NCBI GenBank assembly: GCA_902588625.1
Contig: CACIPU010000002.1
Span: forward strand, 6,086-70,085
DNA from: an uncultured Pelagibacteraceae bacterium
Lineage (GTDB): Bacteria > Pseudomonadota > Alphaproteobacteria > Pelagibacterales > Pelagibacteraceae
Length of the DNA stretch: 64,000 nucleotides
Reading direction: 5' to 3'
In this document: piece after piece, positions 10,469 to 22,131 of the stretch
How positions within the stretch are numbered: the stretch's first letter is position 1
Layout: every line of letters begins with the position of its first letter
Notes under the pieces: model-generated
What the model was told of the DNA's origin: nothing
The model's database searches: none
The model's input: the letters and a program-made list of their open reading frames with translations, nothing else
Position numbers and translations under genes: made by a program

Positions 10469-11812
10469 ATGACATCAACTTTAAACTTAACTAAAGATTC
10501 AATACCTAATTTAATCAAGCGTATAGCCATACCCGCAAGTATTGGAACTTTTTTTCAAACAATGTTTAATATTGTTGATGTTTATTTTGCTGGAAAAATA
10601 TCACCTGAAGCTTTATCTGCATTAGCAAAATCATTCCCAATATACTTTATTATTATTGCTGCTTGCGTTGGTGTAACCGTAGGTGGAACATCTTTAATAG
10701 CTAATAGCATCGGGGAAAATAATAAAGATAAAATATTAGGATTTTTTGCGCAAACAATAATATACGGAATAGTAGTATCAATAATAATAACTTTGATTGG
10801 TCTTAATTTCGCTCCAAATCTTTTTGCATTAATGGGCTCTGAAGATACGGTACTTTTGTTAAGTCTTGAATATACGAACGTAGTATTTAGCGGTTCAATA
10901 GCATTTATAATTTTTGTAGCTTTGAACTCATTATTGCAAGCAGATGGTGATACAGTAACATACAAGAATATATTAATTTTAAATTTTTTCTTAAATATTT
11001 TTTTAAATCCGTTATTTATATTTGGATATGGATTTATTCCTCCTTTAGGTGTTGCTGGCATTGGATATGCTACTATTCTTGTAAATATTTTAGGTGTGTT
11101 TCTTATTTTACTTAAAGTTTTAAAATCTAAAAGAATTGTAGGATTATCAATTAAATACTTTGTACCAAATACAAACCTTCTAAAGAAATTATTCTTTCAA
11201 TCTGCCCCAATATCAGCAGCACTATTATTAATTTCAGTTGGAAATTTTATTATACTTACTTATATAGGTGTATTTGGTGAATACGCTGTAGCTGGCTTTG
11301 GTTCTGCCACACGTTTTGAGCAAATTCTCCTCTTACCTGTTTTAGGTCTTAATACTGCTATCATTTCAATTATTGGGCAAAATTTTGGTGCTAAAAATTT
11401 CTTAAGAGTACAAGAATCATATTTTACTGCCATTAAATATGGTTTTATTTTGATGATTTTATCAGGCTTAATTATATTTCTATCAGCCGATAAAATAGTT
11501 GGTATATTTTCTAACAATCCAGTTGTTATAGATTATGGAACAAATTATTTAAAAATATCAGCTTTGATATTTCCAGCTTATCCGATTTTTTTTATAAGTA
11601 ATGGATTTTTTATGGCTATTAAAAAATCTAAGAACTCAATGTATCTAAATGTAATTCGTAATGTAATTTTACCTATTCCCACAATACTAGCAGCTAATGC
11701 AATAGATGGAAGTTTTGAAACCTTTTTTTGGTGTTATTGCATTGCTAATTGGATTTATGTGCTTTGTCTTTTTGCTTATGTAAGAAGCTATATAAAAAAG
11801 AAGATACTTTAA
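10469..11812 (+). CDS. MATE family efflux transporter
   Basis: 447 aa and about 12 TM segments, with the N-terminal pattern LIKRIAIPASIGTFFQTMFNIVDVYFAGK typical of NorM/MatE. Confidence 0.85.
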   Translation: MTSTLNLTKDSIPNLIKRIAIPASIGTFFQTMFNIVDVYFAGKISPEALSALAKSFPIYFIIIAACVGVTVGGTSLIANSIGENNKDKILGFFAQTIIYGIVVSIIITLIGLNFAPNLFALMGSEDTVLLLSLEYTNVVFSGSIAFIIFVALNSLLQADGDTVTYKNILILNFFLNIFLNPLFIFGYGFIPPLGVAGIGYATILVNILGVFLILLKVLKSKRIVGLSIKYFVPNTNLLKKLFFQSAPISAALLLISVGNFIILTYIGVFGEYAVAGFGSATRFEQILLLPVLGLNTAIISIIGQNFGAKNFLRVQESYFTAIKYGFILMILSGLIIFLSADKIVGIFSNNPVVIDYGTNYLKISALIFPAYPIFFISNGFFMAIKKSKNSMYLNVIRNVILPIPTILAANAIDGSFETFFWCYCIANWIYVLCLFAYVRSYIKKKIL

Positions 11813-12372
11813 TTTAAACTGGCCGAGTCCTTTATCCAATCCCACAAATGTTCAGAAAAAGATCTTCTTACTAATAAATCCATATTTTCATTATTTCTTT
11901 TAACAATTGTAATATCGATGTTATTTAACAATGTTTGTGTTGAGCTATTGTCTAGCAAAGTATCAAAGTTAAAAGGAGATGATTTGGATAAGATTTCATT
12001 AATATTGGATCCTTTTAATGATAATATTGTGAATTGATCAGTTACATTCGTTACAGCACCTAAATCTTTTTTTGATACATTTTCATATAAAATATTTTCT
12101 AATTCAAAACTATTAGCATTTTCTTCGACTGTATTATTTGAAATTACTAACCATTCATTTGGACCGGTACAAATAATTGATATTTCTTCTTTAATTGTTA
12201 TTTTACCAACTTCAAGAGGGAGTATTATTCCAAGTATTTTTCCAACTTTACTACTGAAATCTTTATTGTTGCCATTTCCTCTTAAATTAATCTTAGGAAC
12301 GGATTTTTTTTCACACATTGAAAAATTATTAAAATTTTTTACTTCATTTATAGGTGAGGTTTTTTCAAGCAT
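11809..12372 (-). CDS. soxG: sarcosine oxidase gamma subunit
   Basis: 187-aa ORF immediately after soxA with an 8-nt overlap, last gene of the soxB-D-A-G order. Its size fits SoxG. Confidence 0.75.
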   Translation of the reverse strand: MLEKTSPINEVKNFNNFSMCEKKSVPKINLRGNGNNKDFSSKVGKILGIILPLEVGKITIKEEISIICTGPNEWLVISNNTVEENANSFELENILYENVSKKDLGAVTNVTDQFTILSLKGSNINEILSKSSPFNFDTLLDNSSTQTLLNNIDITIVKRNNENMDLLVRRSFSEHLWDWIKDSASLN

Positions 12373-15367
12373 TTAGTCTTTTTCCTTCTTTATCTATAAA
12401 AACAGAATCTGAAACAGTTACTTTAATTATTTTATTTTTCATTGGAACATATAATTTTTTCCCATTTAAATTTTTACCATTTTTTACAACAGCTAAAGCT
12501 ATAGATTTTTTTAAATTAGGACTATAATAACTTGATGTTACATGACCAAGCATATCCATAGGCGGTTTTTTTTTAACTTCTGCTACAATTTGAGCTCCTT
12601 CTTCTAATACTTCATTAGGGTCTTCTGTTAAAAGTCCAACCATTTGTTTTCTACCTTCTTTCATTGTGTCTGATCTATATAGCGATCTTTTTCCTATAAA
12701 ATCATATTTCTTTTTACTTACGATCCAATCCATTTGTAAATCAATTGGTGTAACAGTTCCGTCTGTTTCTTGACCAACTATTACAAAACCTTTTTCTGCT
12801 CTTAACAAATGCATAGATTCAGTTCCGTATGGAGTTATTTTAAATTCTTTTCCTGCTTCCATGCATTTTTCCCAAACAGCTTTTCCATAGTTAGCTTGAA
12901 TATTAATTTCGTAACTTAATTCTCCAGTAAAGCTTATTCTCATTACTCGACATTTTATATTATCAATTACACCTTCTTTAAAACTCATATGCGGGAAATT
13001 TTGATCATCAAAATTTATATTTTTAACAACTTTTTCTAATATTTTTTTACTATGTGGACCACATAAACTAACTGTTGCAAAATGATCTGTAACTGAAGTT
13101 AAAAAAACTTTTAACTCAGGCCATTCAGTTTGTAAGTAATCTTCTAGTTTACCCATGACTGTTGCAGCGCCACCCGTAGTTGTTGTCATTATATAGTGAT
13201 TCTCACCTAGTCTTGTCGTAACTCCATCGTCGTAAACCATCCCATCTTCATTAAGCATAAGACCATATCTACATTTACCAATACCAAGTTTACTCCATGC
13301 GTTTGTATATACTCGGTTAAGAAATTCGCTTGCATCACTTCCTTGAATGTCTATTTTTCCTAAAGTTGAGGCATCTAAAATTCCTACATTTTCTCTTGCA
13401 GCTTTAGACTCTCTTTGTACCGCATCATGCATACTTTCATTATTAATAGGATAGTACCAAGCTCTTTTCCATTGGCCTACATTTTCAAACTTAGCATTGT
13501 TTTTCTCATGCCAAGAATGAATAGGAGTTCTTCTTGTAATATCAAAAAATTTTTTAACATTTCTCCCAACTAAAGCTCCAAAGGTTAGCGGTGTGTAAGG
13601 AGGACGAAATGTAGTGGTTCCTAGTTCACCCATTTTAGTTTTAGTATGTTCAGATATAATTCCTAAAGCATGCATATTTGCTATTTTTCCTTGGTCAGTA
13701 GCCATGCCCGTTGTTGTATATCTTTTAACATGTTCAATAGATTTAAATCCTTCTCTTAAAGCTAATTTAATATCATTTGCAGTAGAGTCGTTTTGAAAAT
13801 CAACAAATGACTTAGTTTTACCAGGAACTTTATTTGATGGAATCAACCAAATATTTTCAAAGCCACCTGATTTCATATCAGATACTAGAGTATCGTTTTC
13901 AATATTTGTTTTTAAAAATTCATTTACTTTTGTATATGCATCATCAATAATTTTTTTAATATTAAATATACCAGTACAAGAACCGATTGAAATTTGTTCT
14001 AATGAATTTTTTCCAGGGTAAAAATATGATTTATTCTCATTATATAATAATTTGCCACCTGATTGCGTGAATAGATGTACCGCAGGCGTATATCCGCCAG
14101 AAATGCACAGTAAATCACAATCAATTTTAATTTCATTCCCAACTACCGAATTATTATTGTTAGAAAGTTTCATAACTATAACTTTATTAATTTTTTTTCT
14201 ACCTTTTGTAGTAACTACAGCATGTTTCCATAATATTTTTAAACCAAGATCATTACATTTCTTAACCAGATCTCCGTCTGAATTTTCCCTTATATCTATA
14301 ATAGCTTTAATTTTAATTCCTTTATTATGAAGACTTATTGCTGTCTCGTACGCATCATCGTTATTAGCAAAAACAACAACATTATTTCCACATTTGACAC
14401 TGTAACGATTTAGATATTTTCTAACTGCAGATGATAACATTATCCCTGGTCTATCGTTACAATCAAATACCATCGTTCTTTCAATTGATCCTGTTGCTAA
14501 AATCACTTTTTTAGCTCTAACTTTCCATAATCGCTGGCGTATTTTATTTTTCTTTTCTTCCTCATTAAGATGGTCTGTTAAATTTTGGACCATAATTAAA
14601 TAATTATAGTTATGGTATGCAGCAACACTAGTCCTATTCAAAATTTTAATATTTTTATTTTTAGATAAATCTGAGAAAGTTTTATTGACCCAATCTTTTG
14701 GAGTTCCGTCATTAATTTTAGTAAGTTCACTATCAGATCCAACTAAAGATCCACCATGATCTGCTTTTTCATCAACTAGAAGAACTTTTTTCCCTGATTT
14801 TACTGCTATAGATGCAGCTGTTAATCCAGCAGGACCACTTCCGACGATCAAAATATCACAATGATAATATCTATGATCGTATAAATCAGGATCTCTTACG
14901 GTAGCAGACACACCTAATCCTGCAGATTTTCTAATAAAGTATTCATATGTTTTCCAAAGTTTTGCAGGCCACATAAAGGTTTTATAATAAAAACCAGCTG
15001 GTAAAAGAGGTGAGATAAAATTATTTATCTCACCTACATCAAAATTTACGCTCGGCCAACAGTTTTGACTTTTAGATTCAAAACCCTCAAAAATTTCAAT
15101 TTCTGTTGCTCTAATATTTGGTTCTGTTCTTGCTTTATCTTTAATAATTTGAACTATAGCGTTAGGTTCTTCAGATCCTGAACCCAGAAAACCTCTTGGT
15201 CTATGATATTTAAAACTTCTACCAACTAAATGAACACCATTTGCTAGTAAAGCAGAAGCTAACGTATCTCCTTTATAACCAAAAAAAGTTTTTCCATTAA
15301 ATTTAAAAGAAACTCTTTCAGTTCTATTGATTTCACCACCAGACGACAATCTAAATTTGTTTGACAT
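12365..15367 (-). CDS. soxA: sarcosine oxidase alpha subunit
   Basis: 1000 aa with an N-terminal 2Fe-2S-like region, the dinucleotide fold VGSGPAGLTAA and a C-terminal GcvT-like folate-binding domain. Confidence 0.95.
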   Translation of the reverse strand: MSNKFRLSSGGEINRTERVSFKFNGKTFFGYKGDTLASALLANGVHLVGRSFKYHRPRGFLGSGSEEPNAIVQIIKDKARTEPNIRATEIEIFEGFESKSQNCWPSVNFDVGEINNFISPLLPAGFYYKTFMWPAKLWKTYEYFIRKSAGLGVSATVRDPDLYDHRYYHCDILIVGSGPAGLTAASIAVKSGKKVLLVDEKADHGGSLVGSDSELTKINDGTPKDWVNKTFSDLSKNKNIKILNRTSVAAYHNYNYLIMVQNLTDHLNEEEKKNKIRQRLWKVRAKKVILATGSIERTMVFDCNDRPGIMLSSAVRKYLNRYSVKCGNNVVVFANNDDAYETAISLHNKGIKIKAIIDIRENSDGDLVKKCNDLGLKILWKHAVVTTKGRKKINKVIVMKLSNNNNSVVGNEIKIDCDLLCISGGYTPAVHLFTQSGGKLLYNENKSYFYPGKNSLEQISIGSCTGIFNIKKIIDDAYTKVNEFLKTNIENDTLVSDMKSGGFENIWLIPSNKVPGKTKSFVDFQNDSTANDIKLALREGFKSIEHVKRYTTTGMATDQGKIANMHALGIISEHTKTKMGELGTTTFRPPYTPLTFGALVGRNVKKFFDITRRTPIHSWHEKNNAKFENVGQWKRAWYYPINNESMHDAVQRESKAARENVGILDASTLGKIDIQGSDASEFLNRVYTNAWSKLGIGKCRYGLMLNEDGMVYDDGVTTRLGENHYIMTTTTGGAATVMGKLEDYLQTEWPELKVFLTSVTDHFATVSLCGPHSKKILEKVVKNINFDDQNFPHMSFKEGVIDNIKCRVMRISFTGELSYEINIQANYGKAVWEKCMEAGKEFKITPYGTESMHLLRAEKGFVIVGQETDGTVTPIDLQMDWIVSKKKYDFIGKRSLYRSDTMKEGRKQMVGLLTEDPNEVLEEGAQIVAEVKKKPPMDMLGHVTSSYYSPNLKKSIALAVVKNGKNLNGKKLYVPMKNKIIKVTVSDSVFIDKEGKRLNA

Positions 15368-15639
15368 TATTTTGGAGGATTTTCTCCCATTTTATAAACT
15401 GAATGAATTTTATCATTTGTGGTATCTCTTGCTACATTAAACCATTGTCTACATCCATGTGCATGATTCCATCTTTCGTATTGTAATCCTTTTACATTTT
15501 TTCTCATAAACAGATACTCAGCCCATTGATCATCACTTAATTCTGTTGGTTGTTTGGGTCTAACGATATGTGCTTCTCCACCATAACTAAATTCACTATG
15601 ATCTCTTTCACCACAATATGGACAGTTAATTATAAACAT
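15367..15639 (-). CDS. soxD: sarcosine oxidase delta subunit
   Basis: 90 aa, starting MFIINCPYCGERDHSEFSYGGEAH with ...HAHGCRQWF (Zn-binding SoxD pattern). Located between soxB and soxA. Confidence 0.9.
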   Translation of the reverse strand: MFIINCPYCGERDHSEFSYGGEAHIVRPKQPTELSDDQWAEYLFMRKNVKGLQYERWNHAHGCRQWFNVARDTTNDKIHSVYKMGENPPK

Positions 15640-15640
15640 A

Positions 15641-16894
15641 TTAATGGGCTACAGCCGCTGCTCCATGTTCGTCAACCAAATCTCCGCTTATAAATCTGTT
15701 AATATTGAAAGCAGCATTTAGTTTATGTGGTTCATCTTTTGCAATTGTGTGAGCAAATAAATTACCAGATCCAGGTGTTGCTTTAAATCCGCCAGTTCCC
15801 CATCCGCAGTTAAAATAAAGACCTTTTATAGAAGTTTTACTAATTATAGGACTTGCATCTGGACATATGTCAACTATACCTCCCCATTGTCTTAGCATTC
15901 TAAGTCTACTAAATATTGGATATAACTCTAAAATTGCTTTTAGGGTTCCTTCTATTACTTCGTGAGTTCCTTTTTGAGTATAAGAAATATACGCATCAGT
16001 TCCTGCGCCAATTACTAATTCACCTTTATCTGATTGACTTACGTATGCATGAACTGCATTAGACATTACAACAGTATCTATTATTGGTTTAATAGGTTCT
16101 GAAACTAAAGCTTGCAACGGTTTACTTTCTAAAGGTAATCTTATGCCAGCCATATTAGCTAAAACACTTGAGTGTCCTGCAGCTACTACACCAATTTTTG
16201 ATGTTTGTATGAAACCTTTTGTGGTTTCTAAACCTATGACTTTATCACCATTCCTCTTAATTCCTTTAACTTCACAATTTTGTATTATATCTACACCCAT
16301 AGCATCAGCACCTCTTGCGTAACCCCATGCAACAGCATCATGTCTAGCTGTTCCAGCTCTCCTTTGTAAGGTGCTACCTAAAACTGGATACCTAATATCT
16401 GGAGAACAATTAATAATTGGACAGAATTTTTTTACCTCTTCAGTACTTAACCAATCACAATCAATACCATTTAATCTATTTGCATGAGTACGTCTTTTTA
16501 ACTCTCTAACATCATGTAGATTATGAGCAAGATTCATAACACCTCTTTGACTAAACATTACGTTATAATTTAATTCCTGAGACAAACCTTCCCAAAGTTT
16601 TAATGCATGGTCGTACAAACCAGCACTTGCATCCCATAAATAATTAGATCTTATAATAGTTGTATTTCGCCCGGTGTTTCCTCCACCTATCCATCCTTTT
16701 TCAACAACAGCAATATTTTTAAGATTATGTTCTTTAGCAAGATAATAAGCTGTAGCAAGACCATGACCTCCGCCACCAACTATAATAGCATCATAGGATT
16801 TTTTGGGTTCAGGGTCTCTCCAAGCTCTTTGCCAATTTTCATGATAGGTAAAAGAGTTTTTTATTAAGGAAAATATTGAATATTTATTTTTCAT
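15641..16894 (-). CDS. soxB: sarcosine oxidase beta subunit
   Basis: 417 aa with FAD fold [15 protein letters not shown] and SoxB-like length. First gene of the sox operon. Confidence 0.95.
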   Translation of the reverse strand: MKNKYSIFSLIKNSFTYHENWQRAWRDPEPKKSYDAIIVGGGGHGLATAYYLAKEHNLKNIAVVEKGWIGGGNTGRNTTIIRSNYLWDASAGLYDHALKLWEGLSQELNYNVMFSQRGVMNLAHNLHDVRELKRRTHANRLNGIDCDWLSTEEVKKFCPIINCSPDIRYPVLGSTLQRRAGTARHDAVAWGYARGADAMGVDIIQNCEVKGIKRNGDKVIGLETTKGFIQTSKIGVVAAGHSSVLANMAGIRLPLESKPLQALVSEPIKPIIDTVVMSNAVHAYVSQSDKGELVIGAGTDAYISYTQKGTHEVIEGTLKAILELYPIFSRLRMLRQWGGIVDICPDASPIISKTSIKGLYFNCGWGTGGFKATPGSGNLFAHTIAKDEPHKLNAAFNINRFISGDLVDEHGAAAVAH

Positions 16895-16951
16895 ATAAAT
16901 AAATTAATTTACTATTTATAAAATTTAAAGAGTAAATTATATCAGTTTAAC

Positions 16952-17827
16952 CTACTTATCTTTAGCTAAATCTCTTAAATAAATTGCCACAGCGATCCAA
17001 ATAATAATAAAACTTATCAATTTATTTAAATCTAGCTCTTCACCAAAGTAATAAAAACCTAGTAAAAACTGCCCTGTAGGTGCTAAAAAGAAAATCATTG
17101 CTGCAGGTCCTAGACCCGCTAATGATGATCCATACAGATAAAACCAAAGAGGTATTAGTGTATTTGCTCCAGCAAGAAATAACCAAAAAGACAATCCTAT
17201 ATTACTCAACGAAAAATAATTATTACCAGTTTCTGCAATAAAGTAAAAAGCAATAACAGCAAAAGGTGTTGCAAAAGCACTCTCAATAAATAAACCCAGA
17301 TCAGTAGGAACGTTAATCTTTTTTCTTATTAGTGTGTAAAAACTCCAAGTTAAAGCAACAATTAAGCCTATCCAAGGTGTAGATTTAATATCTATGAGCA
17401 AATATAAAACTGCAATCATTACTAAAGCTATTGCAACAAGCTTCATCATATTGTGAGATTCTTTTAAAAATAAAATTCCAAAAAAAACGCTTAAAATTGG
17501 AAATATATAATATCCGAAAGCAGCATCTAAGAGTTTATTAACTGTGACAGCATAAATCCATGTATACCAATTAGTTACTATTAAAATACCAGATAAAATT
17601 AACCAAAAAATTATTCTACCATTCTTAATAATATCAAAAACTTTATTCCATTCTTTGTATATTGAAATAGAAAAAATTAGTAAAAAAGCGGTCCAAACGG
17701 TCCTATGTACAGTAAGCTCTAAGGGAGTAACGTGAGAAACTGTCTTAAAATATAAAACACCAATCACGCCCCACCAAAGTGAACCAAAACCGCTTGATAA
17801 AATTCCATTTAGAGTTTTTTTTTTCAT
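16952..17827 (-). CDS. rarD: RarD / EamA-type DMT superfamily transporter
   Basis: 291 aa, 10 predicted TM helices and a duplicated EamA architecture. Confidence 0.7.
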   Translation of the reverse strand: MKKKTLNGILSSGFGSLWWGVIGVLYFKTVSHVTPLELTVHRTVWTAFLLIFSISIYKEWNKVFDIIKNGRIIFWLILSGILIVTNWYTWIYAVTVNKLLDAAFGYYIFPILSVFFGILFLKESHNMMKLVAIALVMIAVLYLLIDIKSTPWIGLIVALTWSFYTLIRKKINVPTDLGLFIESAFATPFAVIAFYFIAETGNNYFSLSNIGLSFWLFLAGANTLIPLWFYLYGSSLAGLGPAAMIFFLAPTGQFLLGFYYFGEELDLNKLISFIIIWIAVAIYLRDLAKDK

Positions 17828-17885
17828 AAATTATTGCTATCAATAAATTGAAAACTGATTAAAATAAAGATAAATAGGATAACAA

Positions 17886-17979
<94 letters not shown>

Positions 17980-20208
17980 TTAATAAAGTTTTTTATCTTC
18001 AAAAAAATCATAAATTTTTATTGGTTTTCCACTTAATATGTACCTATAAACATTAATATTTTCTAAAACTCTTTGAACATAATTTCTTGTCTCTTTAAAC
18101 TTAATTAGTTCAATCCAATCAACATAGCTTATTTTACCTTTTTGAGGGTTTCCATTTATTTTTTTCCAATATTTTACTCTCCTTGGTCCAGCATTATATG
18201 CAGCTAGTGCAAATGGATATGAACCTTCGTATTCTTCTAACAATCCTGCCAAATAGTAAGAACCTAATTTAATATTATAACTTGGGTCTGTAGTTAATCT
18301 GCTTTTTACATACGGTAGCTTTGCTTGTTTAGCAACTAATTTTGCAGTGTAAGTCATTAACTGCATCATTCCACGTGCACCAACATAACTATTTGCTTTT
18401 TGATCAAATTCACTTTCTTGTCTTATAACGGAAAGAACAAGTTCTGATTTTGGCATTCTTTTTTGGTTAACTATTTCAGGAGTTGTAATAATTGGGTAAT
18501 TAATTTCATTGTGGAATCTTTTTTCATAAGAAGCCTGTTTAGCTATTTGTATTGCAAAATCATATCTCTCGATTTCAACAGACAGTTTACCAGCAAGAAT
18601 TTCACTTCCATTTTTAATATCAATTTTTGATAAATGCTTAAGGAAATCTTTAGTATATTTACTTTTATCTAGCTCTTTAAGCAAATAAACAATTTTTACT
18701 AAAGGATTTTTATTAAATTGTTTTTGTAAATCTTCTGAAGCTTTTATTTGATCAACTAGAGTAAAAGATTCATTGGGGTAAATTTCGTTAAAAGCAAGTT
18801 GACCGTAATAAGTGTTTAAATATTTTGCTGCTTCTTTATACCATTCATTAGATTTTTGGTTATTTTTAATTGTTTTATAAGTTCTTGCAATCCAATAAGC
18901 TCCTCTAGATAAACTAATTGGGTAACCAACATTATTATAAAAATTTTTAAAATGACTAAGCGCCATATTAGGGTCTTCTAGAAATATTAGAGCAATCCAT
19001 CCTGACAACCATTCAGCTTCAGCATACTGAGGGCCTTCGGACATAGAATGATTGCTTGATACTTTATATGCTAATGCATATTTCTTTTTATAAATTAAAG
19101 ATCTTGATAATATAGCCCTTTCTTTCCACCATATTTCAGGTCTAATTATTTTTTCAGGATCATTTGGAAGTTTAAATAAAATTTCTAAAGAAGGCTCAAC
19201 TCTTCCTCTTCTTCTTCTCCATTTTAGCCTATCATAAGCTAAACCTATATCATTTTTGAATTTTTGTGGGATTTTGCTTATAGCTGCATCGACCCCATAA
19301 GATTGTGACATTAACAACTGTCTTGCACGATATAATAATGTGTAATCCTTTGGTAAATATCTTAGCATTCTTTGCACATCCCAATGCTTACTTTCCCACG
19401 CATGCCAATCAGCTCTTTTAATGTTATCTTCAACTGTTATTATTTTCTTATATTTTTTTCTTAAATGTCTTAATTGCGCTTTGGATAATTTAGCTTTTAT
19501 CCAACCTTCTTTTATTAATTTTGATCCTTCATCAACTTTCCCTTCTAACAAAAGTATTTCACCTAATTTAATTCGGCCGTAATCACTTAATGGAACTTCA
19601 CCGTTAAACCATTTCTTTATAGATATAGGTGAATTTGTTTTTAAATTTATTTTATGTTCAGCTAAGTATCTTAGCCTGTTAATTCTTGGGTAATCAGGAT
19701 TATTATTTATAAATACAGAGTAATCATAAAAACTTGCAGCATTATTAGACTTAATTAAATGAAGATAACTTACTAAATTAAATAAAGACTTATCCCTAGC
19801 TTTTTTTGAGACTTTTAATGCTGTTGCCCATTTTTTTTTATCAATATATTCAAAAGCTACTTTTGCTATTTGGAAGTCTTTTTTTGAAAAGACTTTAGAT
19901 TTTTTGGCTTCTTTTATTACTTTTTTTTTAACTAAAACTGGTTTTTTCTTGGGATATACAAAAATTTTCTCTTTAGTATCATCGTTAATTTTAACTATTT
20001 CAGATTGTATTTCTTGTTTTTTTTCCTTACTTTTAATTTGAGGCTTTTTCTTAGGGTATATTGCTTTTTTTTGTTCAGTGCTTTTTTTAACACTTGCATC
20101 AACTGTAGGTTTTGACAATGGCAGAATTTTCTGTGCAGCTATAGAATGATTAGAAAAAAGGGTAAAAACTATTAAAAAAATTACTTTATGTTTGTTTAAA
20201 ATATTCAT
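17980..20208 (-). CDS. slt: soluble lytic murein transglycosylase (Slt70-like)
   Basis: 742 aa with a signal peptide, a long superhelical repeat region and a C-terminal SLT domain with the catalytic motif VIRQESEF...AYNAG. Confidence 0.9.
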   Translation of the reverse strand: MNILNKHKVIFLIVFTLFSNHSIAAQKILPLSKPTVDASVKKSTEQKKAIYPKKKPQIKSKEKKQEIQSEIVKINDDTKEKIFVYPKKKPVLVKKKVIKEAKKSKVFSKKDFQIAKVAFEYIDKKKWATALKVSKKARDKSLFNLVSYLHLIKSNNAASFYDYSVFINNNPDYPRINRLRYLAEHKINLKTNSPISIKKWFNGEVPLSDYGRIKLGEILLLEGKVDEGSKLIKEGWIKAKLSKAQLRHLRKKYKKIITVEDNIKRADWHAWESKHWDVQRMLRYLPKDYTLLYRARQLLMSQSYGVDAAISKIPQKFKNDIGLAYDRLKWRRRRGRVEPSLEILFKLPNDPEKIIRPEIWWKERAILSRSLIYKKKYALAYKVSSNHSMSEGPQYAEAEWLSGWIALIFLEDPNMALSHFKNFYNNVGYPISLSRGAYWIARTYKTIKNNQKSNEWYKEAAKYLNTYYGQLAFNEIYPNESFTLVDQIKASEDLQKQFNKNPLVKIVYLLKELDKSKYTKDFLKHLSKIDIKNGSEILAGKLSVEIERYDFAIQIAKQASYEKRFHNEINYPIITTPEIVNQKRMPKSELVLSVIRQESEFDQKANSYVGARGMMQLMTYTAKLVAKQAKLPYVKSRLTTDPSYNIKLGSYYLAGLLEEYEGSYPFALAAYNAGPRRVKYWKKINGNPQKGKISYVDWIELIKFKETRNYVQRVLENINVYRYILSGKPIKIYDFFEDKKLY

Positions 20209-20251
20209 AATTTTAGATTATTTACTTTTTTAAAGTATGTTATAAAGATTT

Positions 20252-21133
20252 ATGTTCAAAGGATCAAATGTCGCTTTAATTACACCATTCAAGAATAATA
20301 AACTTGACGTAGATGCCTATGTATCATTGATACATTTTCACTTAAAAAATAGTACTTCTGGACTGGTTCCGGCAGGCACCACAGGTGAGTCCCCAACATT
20401 AAGTCATGACGAACATCAAAAAGTTATCGAAATTTGTGTAAAAGAAGCAAAAGGTAAAATACCAGTTATTGCTGGTACCGGTTCTAACTCTACCGAAGAA
20501 GCAGTAGCTTTGACCAAGCACGCTGAGAAAGCAGGAGCAGATGGAGCATTAGTTGTTACACCATACTATAATAAACCAACACAAGAAGGTTTATATCAGC
20601 ATTATAAATTAATTAATGACAACACTAATCTTCCAATAATAATTTATAATATTCCAAGCAGATGTGTAATTGATATGTCAGTTGATACTATGGCGAGATT
20701 ATTTGAACTTAAAAATATTGTTGGTGTTAAAGATGCTACTGGAGATTTAAATAGAATTGACCAAACTATAAAAAAATTAGGACCCGAATTTATACAGTTA
20801 ACCGGAGAAGATGGGCTCGCATTTGAGTTTAATAAAAAAGGTGGAGTAGGAATAATTTCTGTTACAGGTAATATTGCCCCCAAGTTATGCTCAGACATGC
20901 AAAAATATTCAAAATCAAATTCTGATAATGAAATAAAAGAAGCACAAAGAATAGATGAAATTCTTCAACCGTTACATAAATCATTATTTATTGAGAGCAA
21001 TCCTGCACCTGTTAAATATGCAGCAAAACTTTTAGGACTTTGTAGTGATGAAATTAGACTTCCATTAGTGAAAATTAAAAAAGAAACACAAAATGAAGTT
21101 AAAAAAGCTTTAAATTTTGCAAAACTAATTTAA
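20252..21133 (+). CDS. dapA: 4-hydroxy-tetrahydrodipicolinate synthase
   Basis: 293 aa with [21 protein letters not shown] and IYNIPSR motifs. Confidence 0.95.
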   Translation: MFKGSNVALITPFKNNKLDVDAYVSLIHFHLKNSTSGLVPAGTTGESPTLSHDEHQKVIEICVKEAKGKIPVIAGTGSNSTEEAVALTKHAEKAGADGALVVTPYYNKPTQEGLYQHYKLINDNTNLPIIIYNIPSRCVIDMSVDTMARLFELKNIVGVKDATGDLNRIDQTIKKLGPEFIQLTGEDGLAFEFNKKGGVGIISVTGNIAPKLCSDMQKYSKSNSDNEIKEAQRIDEILQPLHKSLFIESNPAPVKYAAKLLGLCSDEIRLPLVKIKKETQNEVKKALNFAKLI

Positions 21134-21603
21134 TGAATAAAAAAACCAAAAGTGGTTTAAAAATTATTAGTCACAATAGAAAAGCTTCGTTCAATTACTC
21201 ATTTAAAGAATTTTTTGAGGCAGGCGTTGTTCTTGAAAGTTCCGAAGTTAAATCTTTAAGAAACGGAAAAATAAATATTGGTGAATCTTATGCTGCTGAT
21301 CAGAATGGTGAAATTTATTTGTTAAATAGCCATATTCCGTCCTATAAAGAATCTAGTTATAATAATCATGATCCTAAAAGAAATAGAAAGCTTTTATTAA
21401 ATAAAAGGGAAATTAATAAACTTATAGGACGAATTAATAGAGAAGGATATACTATAGTTCCCACAAAAGTTTATTTTAAAAAAGGAAAAGCTAAAATAGA
21501 GATTGCTGTAGCTAAAGGGAAAAGAGAATATGATAAAAGACATGCAAAAAAGAAAAAAGACTGGAATAGAGAAAAAGCTAGATTTTTTCGAAAATCAAGT
21601 TAA
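21133..21603 (+). CDS. smpB: SsrA-binding protein
   Basis: 156 aa with NRKASFNY...EAGVVL.S.EVKSLR and a basic C-terminal tail. Its start overlaps the dapA stop. Confidence 0.95.
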   Translation: MNKKTKSGLKIISHNRKASFNYSFKEFFEAGVVLESSEVKSLRNGKINIGESYAADQNGEIYLLNSHIPSYKESSYNNHDPKRNRKLLLNKREINKLIGRINREGYTIVPTKVYFKKGKAKIEIAVAKGKREYDKRHAKKKKDWNREKARFFRKSS

Positions 21604-21609
21604 GACTTT

Positions 21610-22122
21610 ATGGTTATACTAGCACTAGGTTCAAATTTATCTTCTTCATTCGGTGATCGTTTTGAGAATATAGAATTAGCTTTAGCATATTTAGATTCTT
21701 ACAATATTAAGATTATAAAAAAATCTAGTTTTTTTGAAACTCCCTCTTTTCCAAACCATAAAAATCCTAAGTTTATAAATATAGTTATAGAAGTTTTTAC
21801 TTCTCTTCCTCCAGTAGATTTAGCTTCCGTTTTAATTTATGTAGAAGAAAAGTTAGAAAGAAAAAGAATTAATAAAAATGATCCAAGAACCTGTGATATA
21901 GATATTATTGATTATAATAGAAAAAATATTGAATTTACTTACAATAATCTCAAATTTGTTGTCCCTCATGAAAGTTTAGGTAGTAGGAACTTTGTATTAT
22001 TTCCTTTAAAAGAGATTTCTTCAAATTGGATACATCCGAAAACCAATGAATCTATAGACACATTAATAGAAAATCTTCCCGACGATGATAAGAAGTCTAT
22101 ATTAAAGGTAAAAAAACCTTGA
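21610..22122 (+). CDS. folK: 2-amino-4-hydroxy-6-hydroxymethyldihydropteridine diphosphokinase
   Basis: 170 aa, starting ILALGSNL with ...RTCDIDIIDY...VPHESLGSRNFVLFPL, the HPPK pattern. Confidence 0.9.
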   Translation: MVILALGSNLSSSFGDRFENIELALAYLDSYNIKIIKKSSFFETPSFPNHKNPKFINIVIEVFTSLPPVDLASVLIYVEEKLERKRINKNDPRTCDIDIIDYNRKNIEFTYNNLKFVVPHESLGSRNFVLFPLKEISSNWIHPKTNESIDTLIENLPDDDKKSILKVKKP

Positions 22123-22131
22123 TATAATAAG

